From contig OY970355.1 in the NCBI GenBank assembly GCA_963718525.1, positions 384,001-448,000 of the forward strand: a DNA stretch of 64,000 nucleotides, read 5' to 3'. The notes beneath the pieces were generated by a model, which did not search any database, was not told the origin of the DNA, and saw only the letters and a list, made by a program, of their open reading frames with translations. Both the position numbers and the translations under genes were made by a program. Source of the DNA: Candidatus Dormiibacterota bacterium (GTDB lineage: Bacteria > Chloroflexota > Dormibacteria > Aeolococcales > Aeolococcaceae). This document shows, piece by piece, positions 48,839-57,702 of this stretch (position 1 is the stretch's first letter; every line of letters starts with the position of its first letter).

Positions 48839-50020
48839 TCAGGCTTCGAGAATCACGGCCAGACCCTGACCGACGCCGATGCAGATCGCGGCGAGACCAT
48901 ACCCGCCGCCACGGCGTCGCAGCTCGTGCGCGAGGGAACCGATGATGCGTGCCCCGGAACATCCGATGGGATGGCCGATCGCGATCGCTCCGCCGTTCGG
49001 GTTCACCTTCTCGGGGTCCAGCTCCGGCCAGTCGCGCAGGCACGCCAGCGACTGCGCCGCGAACGCCTCGTTGAGCTCGACCACCGCCAGGTCACTCCAC
49101 CCGATCCCGGCGCGACGGAGCGCAGCGTTGGCGGCCGCAACCGGCCCGATGCCGTACAGGGGAGGCTCGACCGCGCTCACGCCACGCGCAACGATTCGTG
49201 CAAGTGGCACGCGGTCGACGCGCCGTGCGCCCTCCGCGTCGGCCAGCAGCAATGCCGCGGCTCCATCGTTCAGCGGCGACGCGTTGCCCGCGGTCACCGT
49301 GCCGTCGGGACGGAACGCCGGGCGGAGGGCGCGCAGCGCCTCGAGCGAGGTCTCGGCGCGGATGCACTCGTCACGGCGCAGGTCGGTCCCCTCCACCGCA
49401 ACGACCTCACCGTCGTACCTCCCCGCATCCCAGGCCGCGGCCGCACTGCGATGACTTCGAAGGGCAAACGCATCCTGCTCGTCACGGCTGATCGCGTACT
49501 TCGACGCCAGCAGCTCCGCCCCCTCGCCGAGGGAGATCGTCCAGCTCGCGGGCATGCGCGGGTTGACCATGCGCCAGCCGAGCGTCGTCGAGAACATCGT
49601 CTCGTTGGTGCGTGCATAGCCGCGTTCGGGCTTGAGCACGACCCAGGGAGCGCGGCTCATCGATTCGACCCCGCCGGCGATGCAGATCGAATGGTCGCCG
49701 ACTGCGATCGCCCGGCTCGCCGCGATCACCGCCTCGAGCCCCGAGCCGCAGAGCCGGTTGACCGTCGAGCCAGGGACCGTCGGCGGCACGCCCGCGAGCA
49801 GCAGCGCCATGCGCGCGACGTTGCGATTGTCCTCACCAGCGCCGTTGCCGTCACCAAAGACAACGTCACCAATGTCGGCCGGGTCAAGCGCCGGACTGCG
49901 CCGTATCAGCGCGGAGATGACACCGGCTGCCAGGTCGTCCGGACGTACGCCGGCGAGTGCGCCGCGGTGCCGGCCGATCGGCGTGCGAACCGCATCCAGG
50001 ACGAAGACGTCCCCGCTCAC
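48839..50020 (-). CDS. pcaF: Thiolase, 3-oxoadipyl-CoA thiolase-like
   Basis: GEDNRNVARMA, NRLCGSG, NEAFA, GHPIGCSG, CIGVGQG. Confidence 0.82.
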   Translation of the reverse strand: MSGDVFVLDAVRTPIGRHRGALAGVRPDDLAAGVISALIRRSPALDPADIGDVVFGDGNGAGEDNRNVARMALLLAGVPPTVPGSTVNRLCGSGLEAVIAASRAIAVGDHSICIAGGVESMSRAPWVVLKPERGYARTNETMFSTTLGWRMVNPRMPASWTISLGEGAELLASKYAISRDEQDAFALRSHRSAAAAWDAGRYDGEVVAVEGTDLRRDECIRAETSLEALRALRPAFRPDGTVTAGNASPLNDGAAALLLADAEGARRVDRVPLARIVARGVSAVEPPLYGIGPVAAANAALRRAGIGWSDLAVVELNEAFAAQSLACLRDWPELDPEKVNPNGGAIAIGHPIGCSGARIIGSLAHELRRRGGGYGLAAICIGVGQGLAVILEA

Positions 50021-50778
50021 GCGTCCTTGGTCGCCTCGAGCCGGCGGAGAACGCCGAGCTCCTCGTCGGTGGGCGGATCGGTGGTCGCGAGGTCGGGTGA
50101 AACCGCGAGTATCCAGCCGGTCGCCGCGCGTGCGTCGCCGGCAGTCGATCCCGGGTGCACGCTCACGAGGGTCAGCTCGCACGTCTCCGGGTCTGGTGCG
50201 AGCATGCCGAAGTCAGTGATGACAACCCGCGGTCCGGATCCGATGAGGCCTAACCGCTCGCGATCGCTGGCGCCGTACCCAAATCCCATCGACGTGACGA
50301 AGTCGACGCGCTCGACAAACGCCCGTGGTGACTGGCGGAGGACGACCACCACCTCGCGACATGACGCGGCGATCTCGGGGGCGCCTCCGGCTCCGGGGAG
50401 CCGGATCTTGGGGTGACGATAGTCGGCGCCGATCACCGTTGTGTTGATGTTGGCGTAGCGATCGATCTGCGCAGCGGTGAGAAACCCGATGTCGATCCGG
50501 CCGGGTTGCAACCAGTAGTTGAACACCTCGGGCACACTGACCACGGTGTCAGCGGTTTCCGCGAGGATGCCGTCACCGATCGACAGTGGCAGCCGGTCGG
50601 GTTTGGCTCCGATCGTGCCCGACTCGTAGATGAGCACGACGTCGGGTGCGTGGGTCGCGCGCGCAAGGTTAGCCGCAGTGCTCGGCAACCCGATGCCGAC
50701 GAAGCAGACGTTCCCATCGTGCAGCTGACGCGCGGCGGCGACGGTCATCATCTCGTCAGCCGTGTACGCCGTGGTCAT
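50017..50778 (-). CDS. pcaJ: 3-oxoadipate CoA-transferase subunit B (CatJ/PcaJ type)
   Basis: YTADEMMTVAAAR, FVGIGLPS, LIYESG, RLPGAGGAPEIA. Confidence 0.82.
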   Translation of the reverse strand: MTTAYTADEMMTVAAARQLHDGNVCFVGIGLPSTAANLARATHAPDVVLIYESGTIGAKPDRLPLSIGDGILAETADTVVSVPEVFNYWLQPGRIDIGFLTAAQIDRYANINTTVIGADYRHPKIRLPGAGGAPEIAASCREVVVVLRQSPRAFVERVDFVTSMGFGYGASDRERLGLIGSGPRVVITDFGMLAPDPETCELTLVSVHPGSTAGDARAATGWILAVSPDLATTDPPTDEELGVLRRLEATKDA

Positions 50779-51593
50779 GCGGCGGGCACCCGGCGCATGA
50801 CGTTCTCGTCCATCCATGCAAGGAACGTGTCTCGATCCTTGCTGATCGCGTCCCACGCCGTGTAGAACGCGTTGTCGCGAAGCGAATATCCCTGCGCGTA
50901 CGACGGATGGGTGCCGCCGGGCGCCACCGCGACGTACGTTGTCGAAAAGGCAGGAAGCACGACCTCCTGTGGCTTGGGATCGAGACTGTCGACAATTTCC
51001 TCGACGGTGATCAGCGAGCGTTTCGCGGCGAGCACGGCCTCCTTCTGCACGCCGAGGATGCCCCACATCTGCACGTTGCCCCTCCGGTCGGCGCGCTGTG
51101 CGTGAATGATCGTCACGTCGGGAGTGAGCGCCGGAACAGCCGTGAGCACCTCGCCTGTGAAGGGACACGTGATCGGCCGGATTGCGTCCGTCTGCGCGGG
51201 AAGGTCGGTACCGACGTACCCGCGCAGCACCGCGAACGGAAGTCCGCTTGCTCCCGCGAGGTAGCGGTTTGCCATGCCCGCGTGGCTGTGCTCCTCCAGC
51301 TCCAGTGGGAGCGGCCAGGAGTTTTCGACCGCGTCCCGGAACCTGTGCAGCGAGCCCACGCCCGGGTTGCCACCCCACGAGAAGATCAGCTTCGACGCGC
51401 ACCCCATGCCGATCATCTGGTCGTAGATGAGATCCGGGGTCATCCGCACCAGGGCGAGACCGCGCCTTCCCTGGCGAATGATCTCGTGCCCGGCGGCGAA
51501 TGGAATGAGGTGGGTGAAGCCCTCCATCACTAGCGTGTCGCCGTCGTGCACCAGCGCGGCGATGCCCTCGGGCAGCGAGACGAACTCAGCCAT
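50775..51593 (-). CDS. pcaI: 3-oxoadipate CoA-transferase subunit A (CatI/PcaI type)
   Basis: EGFTHLIPFAAGHEIIRQ, RMTPDLIYDQ, SWGGNPGVGSLHR, EEHSHA. Confidence 0.85.
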   Translation of the reverse strand: MAEFVSLPEGIAALVHDGDTLVMEGFTHLIPFAAGHEIIRQGRRGLALVRMTPDLIYDQMIGMGCASKLIFSWGGNPGVGSLHRFRDAVENSWPLPLELEEHSHAGMANRYLAGASGLPFAVLRGYVGTDLPAQTDAIRPITCPFTGEVLTAVPALTPDVTIIHAQRADRRGNVQMWGILGVQKEAVLAAKRSLITVEEIVDSLDPKPQEVVLPAFSTTYVAVAPGGTHPSYAQGYSLRDNAFYTAWDAISKDRDTFLAWMDENVMRRVPAA

Positions 51594-51609
51594 GTTCACA
51601 AATCCACAT

Positions 51610-51624
51610 GTTCGCGTAGCGCAC
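51610..51624. promoter_or_regulatory. Putative PcaR/IclR-type operator
   Basis: gttcg-cgtag-cgcac matches both arms of the PcaR box GTTCG-N5-CGCAC, in the pcaI/dioxygenase divergent gap. Confidence 0.6.
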
Positions 51625-51704
51625 ACTCGTATCCGCAACTACAATACGGCGTTCGCGGTGGCGCGCGGCCTCGAGAGCGTCGTGGAGAATATCGTGAGGT
51701 ACGA

Positions 51705-52601
51705 ATGGGCAACGACGTGACGGCAACCAGCGCGAGCGCGAACGCGCTGACAAGTCAGGTGATCGACCGGCTGGACGCGTGTCCCGATCCAAGGCTCCGC
51801 GAGCTGGTCAGGGAACTCGTCGCCCATCTGCACCAATTCGCTGTGGAGCAGGCGCTCACCGACTCCGAGTGGATGGAGGGCATACGATTCCTCACCGATG
51901 TCGGCCAGACGTGCACCGCGCAGCGTCAGGAGTTCATCCTGCTGTCGGACACGCTCGGGCTCTCGATGCTCGTTGATCTCATCAACCACGGCGCGGGGAG
52001 CGGCGCGACGGAGTCGACGGTGCTCGGGCCGTTTTACGTCGAGGGTTCACCGTGGCGAGCCGACGGCGACGCGATAACGGACGACCTCGGAGCGAATCCC
52101 CTGCTCGTCACGGGGCACGTGCGTGACACCGCCGGCCGGCAGCTGCCCGGTGCCACGGTCGACGTGTGGCAGAACGCCACCAACCAGTTGTATGCGGTGC
52201 AGGATGCCGGCCAGTCCCCGGACAACCTTCGCGGCAGGTTTCGCACCGACGACACCGGCCAGTTCTCCTTCCGCACGGTGCGACCGGTGGACTACCCGAT
52301 CCCGGACGACGGTCCCGTCGGCCGGATGTTGCGGGCAACCGGCCGGCATCCGTGGCGCCCCGCGCACATCCACTTCATCGTGTCAGCTGATGGGCACCAC
52401 TCGGTGACCACCCACATCTTTGATTCCGAGAGCCCGCACCTCAGCTCGGACGTGGTCTTCGGTGTCAAGCCGTCGCTTGTGCGGACGCTCGTGGTGCACG
52501 ACCCGGCGATTGAGGACGCGCCCCCGGGCATCCGGGGACGCTGGTACACGGTGGATATCGAGGTGGCGCTCGAGCCCGCTGTTGCAGCGGCGTCGAGCTA
52601 G
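51705..52601 (+). CDS. Intradiol ring-cleavage dioxygenase (hydroxyquinol/catechol 1,2-dioxygenase)
   Basis: RQEFILLSDTLG, TESTVLGPFY, YAVQD, YPIPDDGPVG, WRPAHIH (Tyr/Tyr/His/His iron ligands). Confidence 0.9.
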   Translation: MGNDVTATSASANALTSQVIDRLDACPDPRLRELVRELVAHLHQFAVEQALTDSEWMEGIRFLTDVGQTCTAQRQEFILLSDTLGLSMLVDLINHGAGSGATESTVLGPFYVEGSPWRADGDAITDDLGANPLLVTGHVRDTAGRQLPGATVDVWQNATNQLYAVQDAGQSPDNLRGRFRTDDTGQFSFRTVRPVDYPIPDDGPVGRMLRATGRHPWRPAHIHFIVSADGHHSVTTHIFDSESPHLSSDVVFGVKPSLVRTLVVHDPAIEDAPPGIRGRWYTVDIEVALEPAVAAASS

Positions 52602-53386
52602 CCTGCGGGCTGCGCCTCGTCCTCCAAGTGCTGCTGCATCCTGCGCATGCCGCGCAGCCAGCGCTCCGAGTTGTCGGTCTTGCGCTGCATCCATGTCTGT
52701 GCGATCGGATCGGAGAGCACGAGAAACTGCTCCGCACGCACCGCGTCGACGACGGCTGCGGCGACGTCCTCGGGTTCCTTGATCGGCCCGGCCACTGAGG
52801 CTGCGAAGCGCGGATCGGCACGCTCCAGCATCGGTGTCCTCACGCCCAGCGGTGCCAGCAGCGATACGCGGATACCTCGATGGTGGTATGTGATCGAGAG
52901 CCATTCCGCCAGCCCGACCACCGCATGCTTGGTGGTCGCGTAGGTGACGTTACCGTGGCTGGTGAGGATGCCCGCCATCGAAGCTGTGTGCACCAGGTAG
53001 CCGCTTCCGCGCGCGAGCATTGCCGGCAACACGGCTCTGACCGCATACACATGGCCCATGACGTTGATCGCCCACTGCTCGTTCCACACATCGGGTTCGG
53101 TGGTGAGGATGTCGCCGCCGGTCGCAACGCCGGCGTTGCTGAAGCAGATGTCGATCGGTCCGAGGCGCGCGGCGACATCGGCGGCCATCGCGTTGACCGA
53201 AGCCTCGTTGCTGACGTCAGTCGTGACGGCGATCCCATCGACCTCTGACGCGACCGCCTCGCAACCTTCCCCGTCTCGATCCACCACCGCGACCTGCGCG
53301 CCCGCGGCGGCAAACGCTCGACACGACGCGGCCCCGATGCCACTGGCCCCGCCGGTGATGACGGCGACCTTCCCGCTCAGTTCCAT
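52598..53386 (-). CDS. Short-chain dehydrogenase/reductase
   Basis: TGGASGIG, NAG, TASMAG, YATTK. Confidence 0.92.
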   Translation of the reverse strand: MELSGKVAVITGGASGIGAASCRAFAAAGAQVAVVDRDGEGCEAVASEVDGIAVTTDVSNEASVNAMAADVAARLGPIDICFSNAGVATGGDILTTEPDVWNEQWAINVMGHVYAVRAVLPAMLARGSGYLVHTASMAGILTSHGNVTYATTKHAVVGLAEWLSITYHHRGIRVSLLAPLGVRTPMLERADPRFAASVAGPIKEPEDVAAAVVDAVRAEQFLVLSDPIAQTWMQRKTDNSERWLRGMRRMQQHLEDEAQPAG

Positions 53387-53388
53387 GG

Positions 53389-54156
53389 TCAGTGCTTGAC
53401 TTCCTCCGGAGTCTCATACCAGCGCATCCGTTCACCCACGCGGCTGCGCAGTCGCCATGCCCTTGACTTCGGAGCCGCCTCGCTCGCCTGCAGGAGCATG
53501 GTGATCTGAGCCGCGACATCATGGGGGACCCCGGGCAGGGGCTCTTCCGTCCACAGCTCCGCAACCTTCTGCGCATTTCGTTCGACGGTGTGGCAGAACC
53601 CCCAGTCCCTCCCCAGGACCGAGCGCACCCGGGGAAGGCTGATGCCCTCCGCATCGCCGTCGTCCTCGGTCATCGCGTGGTCGGCGATGAGGCAGAGCGT
53701 GTCGCCGAGGTCCTTCCGATTGATCTCCCAGACCTGAAGCTTGGTGAGCAGCAGGTCCGCCAGGGTGATGGTCGGCGCGGGCCCATCGAGCCGGCCGCGC
53801 AGGTCGAGCTTGTGCGACATCACCAGTTCATCGATGACCACGTCGATGGACCAGCGGCCCGCCGGCTCGCCGTAATAGAGGCGGGTGGCTCCGTGGAGCC
53901 CGTTGAAGAACTGGTCGGGGAGATACCCCTGGGTCATAAGGAGTGCCTTGAACTTGTTGGCAGTTGCAGCGCTGATGGCGAAGTCCATGTCGTCGTACGA
54001 GCGCGCGAACGGTCCGTCGTGCACGCTCGGACAGCGCAGCCAGATCGCCAGTCCACCGATCAGCCGCGCGGAGAGCCCCAGGGCGACCGACGCATCCGCA
54101 AGCCGCTTCGCCTCGTCGCGGATGTCGGAAAGGATCGGCGTCTCGTGGTCCGCCAT
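53389..54156 (-). CDS. Uncharacterised nucleotidyltransferase-fold protein
   Basis: RLIGGLAI...RSYDDMDF (GG...DxD), DLLLTKLQ, KDLGD. Confidence 0.7.
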   Translation of the reverse strand: MADHETPILSDIRDEAKRLADASVALGLSARLIGGLAIWLRCPSVHDGPFARSYDDMDFAISAATANKFKALLMTQGYLPDQFFNGLHGATRLYYGEPAGRWSIDVVIDELVMSHKLDLRGRLDGPAPTITLADLLLTKLQVWEINRKDLGDTLCLIADHAMTEDDGDAEGISLPRVRSVLGRDWGFCHTVERNAQKVAELWTEEPLPGVPHDVAAQITMLLQASEAAPKSRAWRLRSRVGERMRWYETPEEVKH

Positions 54157-54187
54157 CAGCGGGATCCCATCAGCATCCGGACATGGT

Positions 54188-54219
54188 AAGGGCGGCCGGT
54201 GGTATCACCGGCCGCCCTT
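54188..54219. terminator. Perfect 14-bp stem-loop inside the leftward operon
   Basis: aagggcggccggtg-gtat-caccggccgccctt. Confidence 0.6.
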
Positions 54220-54239
54220 CCAGCCAGGGGCAGAGTCGC

Positions 54240-55862
54240 TCACTCCGGCGGGAGTTCCTTGTAGACGAACCCGATGTTCACGCCCTGCCGGGCGCGTATG
54301 AAGCGCGGAACGTAGTAGAGGAGCGCGCCACCCACGATCAGTGCGGCGAGCCAGGCGGGGATCCACCAGAAGTCGGCGCGGTTGCCGTTCATGACCGAGA
54401 GTGGATTGATGAACGAGATGGCGATGATGCCGACGAATTCCAGAATCGACAGCGTGCCGACGATGTAGAGCACCGGTATTCCGAGGAATTTCACGTTGGC
54501 CGGCGACGCCTGGTACAGGTCGGGTCGTCGTATCGGCAGCGCAATTGCCGCCAGGCCGACGATGATCACCGCGAGAGAGCCGGCGAGAACGATCAGTCCG
54601 AGCACGAGTTGGAACTGGTTCCCGTAGACGCTCCAGATCACCAGCGCGGCAATGATCACGTTGGTGACGATGATCGCGTTGACGGGCGAATGGGTCCGCT
54701 CGTTGACGTTGGCGAGGCTCTCGGGCATGAGCCGGTCGAACGACCATGCGAAGAAGGACCTGATCGGCATGAACGTGTTCGCGATCATGGAGGGGAGGGA
54801 CCAGAACAGGAACGAGCCCATGATGATCACGGTCAGGATCGGCGTGTTGAAGACCAGCGATGCGAGGAAGGGATAGAACGGCCCGGACGGGATGTGATAC
54901 GCGGCATTGCCCGCGGAGTTGAGCGCGTACACGAAGTTGTAGCCCGCGACCCGGAAGAGCAGCAGGACGCCGATGACCAGCAGGACGGTGTCCCACCCGA
55001 GCGCCCCGAACATCACCGACAGCTGACGGCGGCGGTTCGAAGCGCTCTTCAGCTCGCCGGACATGTACACCGACCAGAAGTTCCACATCATGAAACCCTG
55101 GATCGAGAAGAGTGTCGGCAGGGTCGCGCTGAAGTTCCAGAAGTTCGGTGCCGCCCCCGCCGCTCCGGGCGCCCCTTTGATCACCGCCGCGACGTTGCCG
55201 CCACCAAAGCTCTTGTTGAGGGTGTCGAAGTGCGAGAAGAAGTCGCCCTGGCTGCCGATGAGCAGCACGATGAACGCCACCAGCGTCCCCGCCATGGCGA
55301 TGATGAAGGAGTAGTTCTGCCAGCGGAAGGTTGCCTTGGTACCGCTGATGAGGATGAGCGTCTGCAGCGCGACCATGAAAAGCGACGCTCCGAGGATCCA
55401 GCTGTTGTTGGTCTGGAACGACGTCCCCCAGCTGATCAGCGTGTTGTTGTTGGCGAACGAACCCAGCGCAACCAGCACCGGGCCGAGTGCAAGCAGCGAG
55501 AAGAACTTCGCGAAGAAGGCGGCCCCGAGGAGACCGCCCATGATCATGCAGAGGTTGGAGATCAGTGCCAGCGGTGGTGAGAGCACGCGACTGACCCAGA
55601 CGTAGTCGCCTCCCACTCTCGGCATGCTTGCCCCAAGCAGCGCGAACATGATCAGGACGGGGATGTTGATGATCGCGACGAGGATGAGGACGCCGACGAC
55701 ATCCGCGCCGGGGAACGCGACCAGCGCGAAGAAGATCGAGTACGCGATCGTCGATCCCACCGGCGCCGAGATCACCGCATTGAAGATCGTGGCATCGACT
55801 GCCGAGGCCGAGCGCACCAGCCCCGTGCTGTTGCGGACGAACAGCCTGCTCGAGGTTGCCAT
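54240..55862 (-). CDS. APC family amino acid/amine permease
   Basis: LFVRNSTGLVR, MPRVGGDYVWVSR, GELK, RSFFAWSFDRLMP, C-terminal YKELPPE; about 12 TM. Confidence 0.9.
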   Translation of the reverse strand: MATSSRLFVRNSTGLVRSASAVDATIFNAVISAPVGSTIAYSIFFALVAFPGADVVGVLILVAIINIPVLIMFALLGASMPRVGGDYVWVSRVLSPPLALISNLCMIMGGLLGAAFFAKFFSLLALGPVLVALGSFANNNTLISWGTSFQTNNSWILGASLFMVALQTLILISGTKATFRWQNYSFIIAMAGTLVAFIVLLIGSQGDFFSHFDTLNKSFGGGNVAAVIKGAPGAAGAAPNFWNFSATLPTLFSIQGFMMWNFWSVYMSGELKSASNRRRQLSVMFGALGWDTVLLVIGVLLLFRVAGYNFVYALNSAGNAAYHIPSGPFYPFLASLVFNTPILTVIIMGSFLFWSLPSMIANTFMPIRSFFAWSFDRLMPESLANVNERTHSPVNAIIVTNVIIAALVIWSVYGNQFQLVLGLIVLAGSLAVIIVGLAAIALPIRRPDLYQASPANVKFLGIPVLYIVGTLSILEFVGIIAISFINPLSVMNGNRADFWWIPAWLAALIVGGALLYYVPRFIRARQGVNIGFVYKELPPE

Positions 55863-55892
55863 TGCGACCCTCCGGCGGTCCACCGCCACCAA

Positions 55893-55950
55893 CTTGACAC
55901 ACGCGTCGAAAACCTGCAGAGTTTGAACACAATCGAACACCAGTGTCAAG
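55893..55950. promoter_or_regulatory. Divergent promoter region with inverted TTGACA boxes and gaacac repeats
   Basis: cttgacac (55893-55900) and gtgtcaag (55943-55950) are exact inverted repeats; gaacac occurs twice between them. Confidence 0.5.
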
Positions 55951-56042
55951 AGGCTCATGGACACGGAGGCACAACTTCCGGTCAAGACCCGACAAACTCA
56001 TGAGCAGTCGACACAAGTAGTTCCACGGAGGAGACGCCCAAG

Positions 56043-56873
56043 GTGTTAGCCGTCGAGCGGCGCTTGAAGGTGCTGGAGCGGGTCGCGGAAGACCAGGCGA
56101 TCGAGGTCAGCACGCTTGCGCGGGACTTCCAGGTCAGTGAGATGACGATCCGGCGCGACCTGCGCCGGCTGGAACGCGATGGTTTCGTCCGCCGGACCTA
56201 CGGGGGCGCAACGACACGACTGGTACGTACGTTCGAGGTCGGCGCCAACGCGCGAACGCTCCACCACGCCAGGGAAAAGCGTCTCATCGCGAAGCGCGCC
56301 GCCGAGCTGACCGTGGGCGTGCGCGCGATGTTCCTCGGCATCGGCACGACGGTCGAACACTTTGCTCGACTGCTTCCCGTACGTGAGGACCTGATGGTGG
56401 TCACCCCGTCGCTTGCAGTTGCGAGCCTGCTCGGCACACGCAACGTACGCGTCATCATCGCGGGCGGGTTGGTGCGCCAGGACGAGTTGACCTGCATCGG
56501 CGCGTCGGCGGTGGAGGCGGTGCGACGTTACAACACCGACACCGCTGTGATCGGTGCAGCCGGGCTCTCCGCACGACGCGGGATCACCGAGCTCGACGAT
56601 CGCGATGCCGACGTGATTCGGGGCGGTCTCGAGCGCACCGAACGCGTGATCGTGATCGCCGACGGCTCAAAGTTCGGTGCGGTGGCGATGAGCACCGTGA
56701 TGCCCATAGAGCAGGTCGCAACAATCGTCACCGACAGCAGCGCCGACGCGATGGAGATCGAGCGCATCGAGCAGGCGGGTGTCGAGGTTGTCGTTGCCGG
56801 GCAGGAGTCATCCCTGCTCCGCCCGTCGGAAACCGGCAGGACACGCCTCAACGACGTGCGCAGGCCGGCGTGA
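56043..56873 (+). CDS. DeoR/GlpR family transcriptional regulator
   Basis: VSEMTIRRDLRRLE, RTYGGA, GTTV, ADGSKFG. Confidence 0.93.
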   Translation: MLAVERRLKVLERVAEDQAIEVSTLARDFQVSEMTIRRDLRRLERDGFVRRTYGGATTRLVRTFEVGANARTLHHAREKRLIAKRAAELTVGVRAMFLGIGTTVEHFARLLPVREDLMVVTPSLAVASLLGTRNVRVIIAGGLVRQDELTCIGASAVEAVRRYNTDTAVIGAAGLSARRGITELDDRDADVIRGGLERTERVIVIADGSKFGAVAMSTVMPIEQVATIVTDSSADAMEIERIEQAGVEVVVAGQESSLLRPSETGRTRLNDVRRPA

Positions 56874-57685
56874 CTCTTCTACGTCGGATATTCGGCGTGG
56901 ACAAGCCGGTGGTCGCGATGCTCCACCTGCCGGCGATGCCTGGCCGCCCCCGGCACGACCGCGCAGCCGGGATGCGACACCTCGTCGAGACGGTCGAACG
57001 CGATCTCGAATCGCTGCAGAGCGCCGGCGTCGACGGGTTTCTCTTCTGCAACGAGGCCGACCTGCCATATCAGATGCGCGTGGGCCCGGAGGTTGCGGCC
57101 GGTATGGCGGCCGTGATCGGTCAGGTGCGCGATCTGATCACGCGCCCCTTCGGTGTCGATCTCGTGTGGGACCCGATGTCGAGCCTCGCCGTCGCACGCG
57201 CCACGGGCGCGTCGTTCGTCCGCGAGGTCTTCACCGGGGTCTTCGAGAGCGATCTCGGCCTGATGCAGCCCGACTTCGGGGCCATCGCCGCGTATCGAGA
57301 GCAGATCGGCGCCGGCGCTGTGGCCATGTTCAGCAACATCACCCCGGAATTCGCGAGCAGCCTCGGGAATCGATCGATCGCGATGCGAGCTCGCAGCGCC
57401 GCCTTTCTGGGTGTCGACGCCATCTTGATCAGCGGTCAGATGACCGGGACCGCGACACACATCTCGGAACTCCACGAGGCCAAGGACGCCGTGCCGGAGA
57501 CGCCCGTCCTCGCCAACACCGGCGTCCGCGAGGAGACCGTCGACGAGATTCTCGCCATCGCGGATGGCGTCTTCGTCGGGACCAGCCTCAAGCAGGATGG
57601 CATCACCTGGAATCCGGTCGACCCCGCGCGCGCCGGGCGATTCATGACCGCGGTCCACCGAGCGCGCGAGGCGGTTCCCGCCTGA
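56870..57685 (+). CDS. BtpA/SgcQ family TIM-barrel protein (paralog 1)
   Basis: AMLHLPAMPGRP, CNEADLPY, FVREVFTG, LANTGV, ADGVFVGTSLK. Confidence 0.9.
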   Translation: MTLLRRIFGVDKPVVAMLHLPAMPGRPRHDRAAGMRHLVETVERDLESLQSAGVDGFLFCNEADLPYQMRVGPEVAAGMAAVIGQVRDLITRPFGVDLVWDPMSSLAVARATGASFVREVFTGVFESDLGLMQPDFGAIAAYREQIGAGAVAMFSNITPEFASSLGNRSIAMRARSAAFLGVDAILISGQMTGTATHISELHEAKDAVPETPVLANTGVREETVDEILAIADGVFVGTSLKQDGITWNPVDPARAGRFMTAVHRAREAVPA

Positions 57686-57702
57686 CATGGCGAGCGGCTG
57701 AC

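Noticed and set aside
53389-54156. AbiEii/type IV toxin-antitoxin interpretation
   Set aside because: No adjacent AbiEi-like antitoxin, and the gene sits in a metabolic run between a permease and an SDR.
56779-57702. N-terminal extension of the 624-aa ORF
   Set aside because: Overlaps BtpA-1 in another frame; the phosphoesterase starts at GTG 57703.
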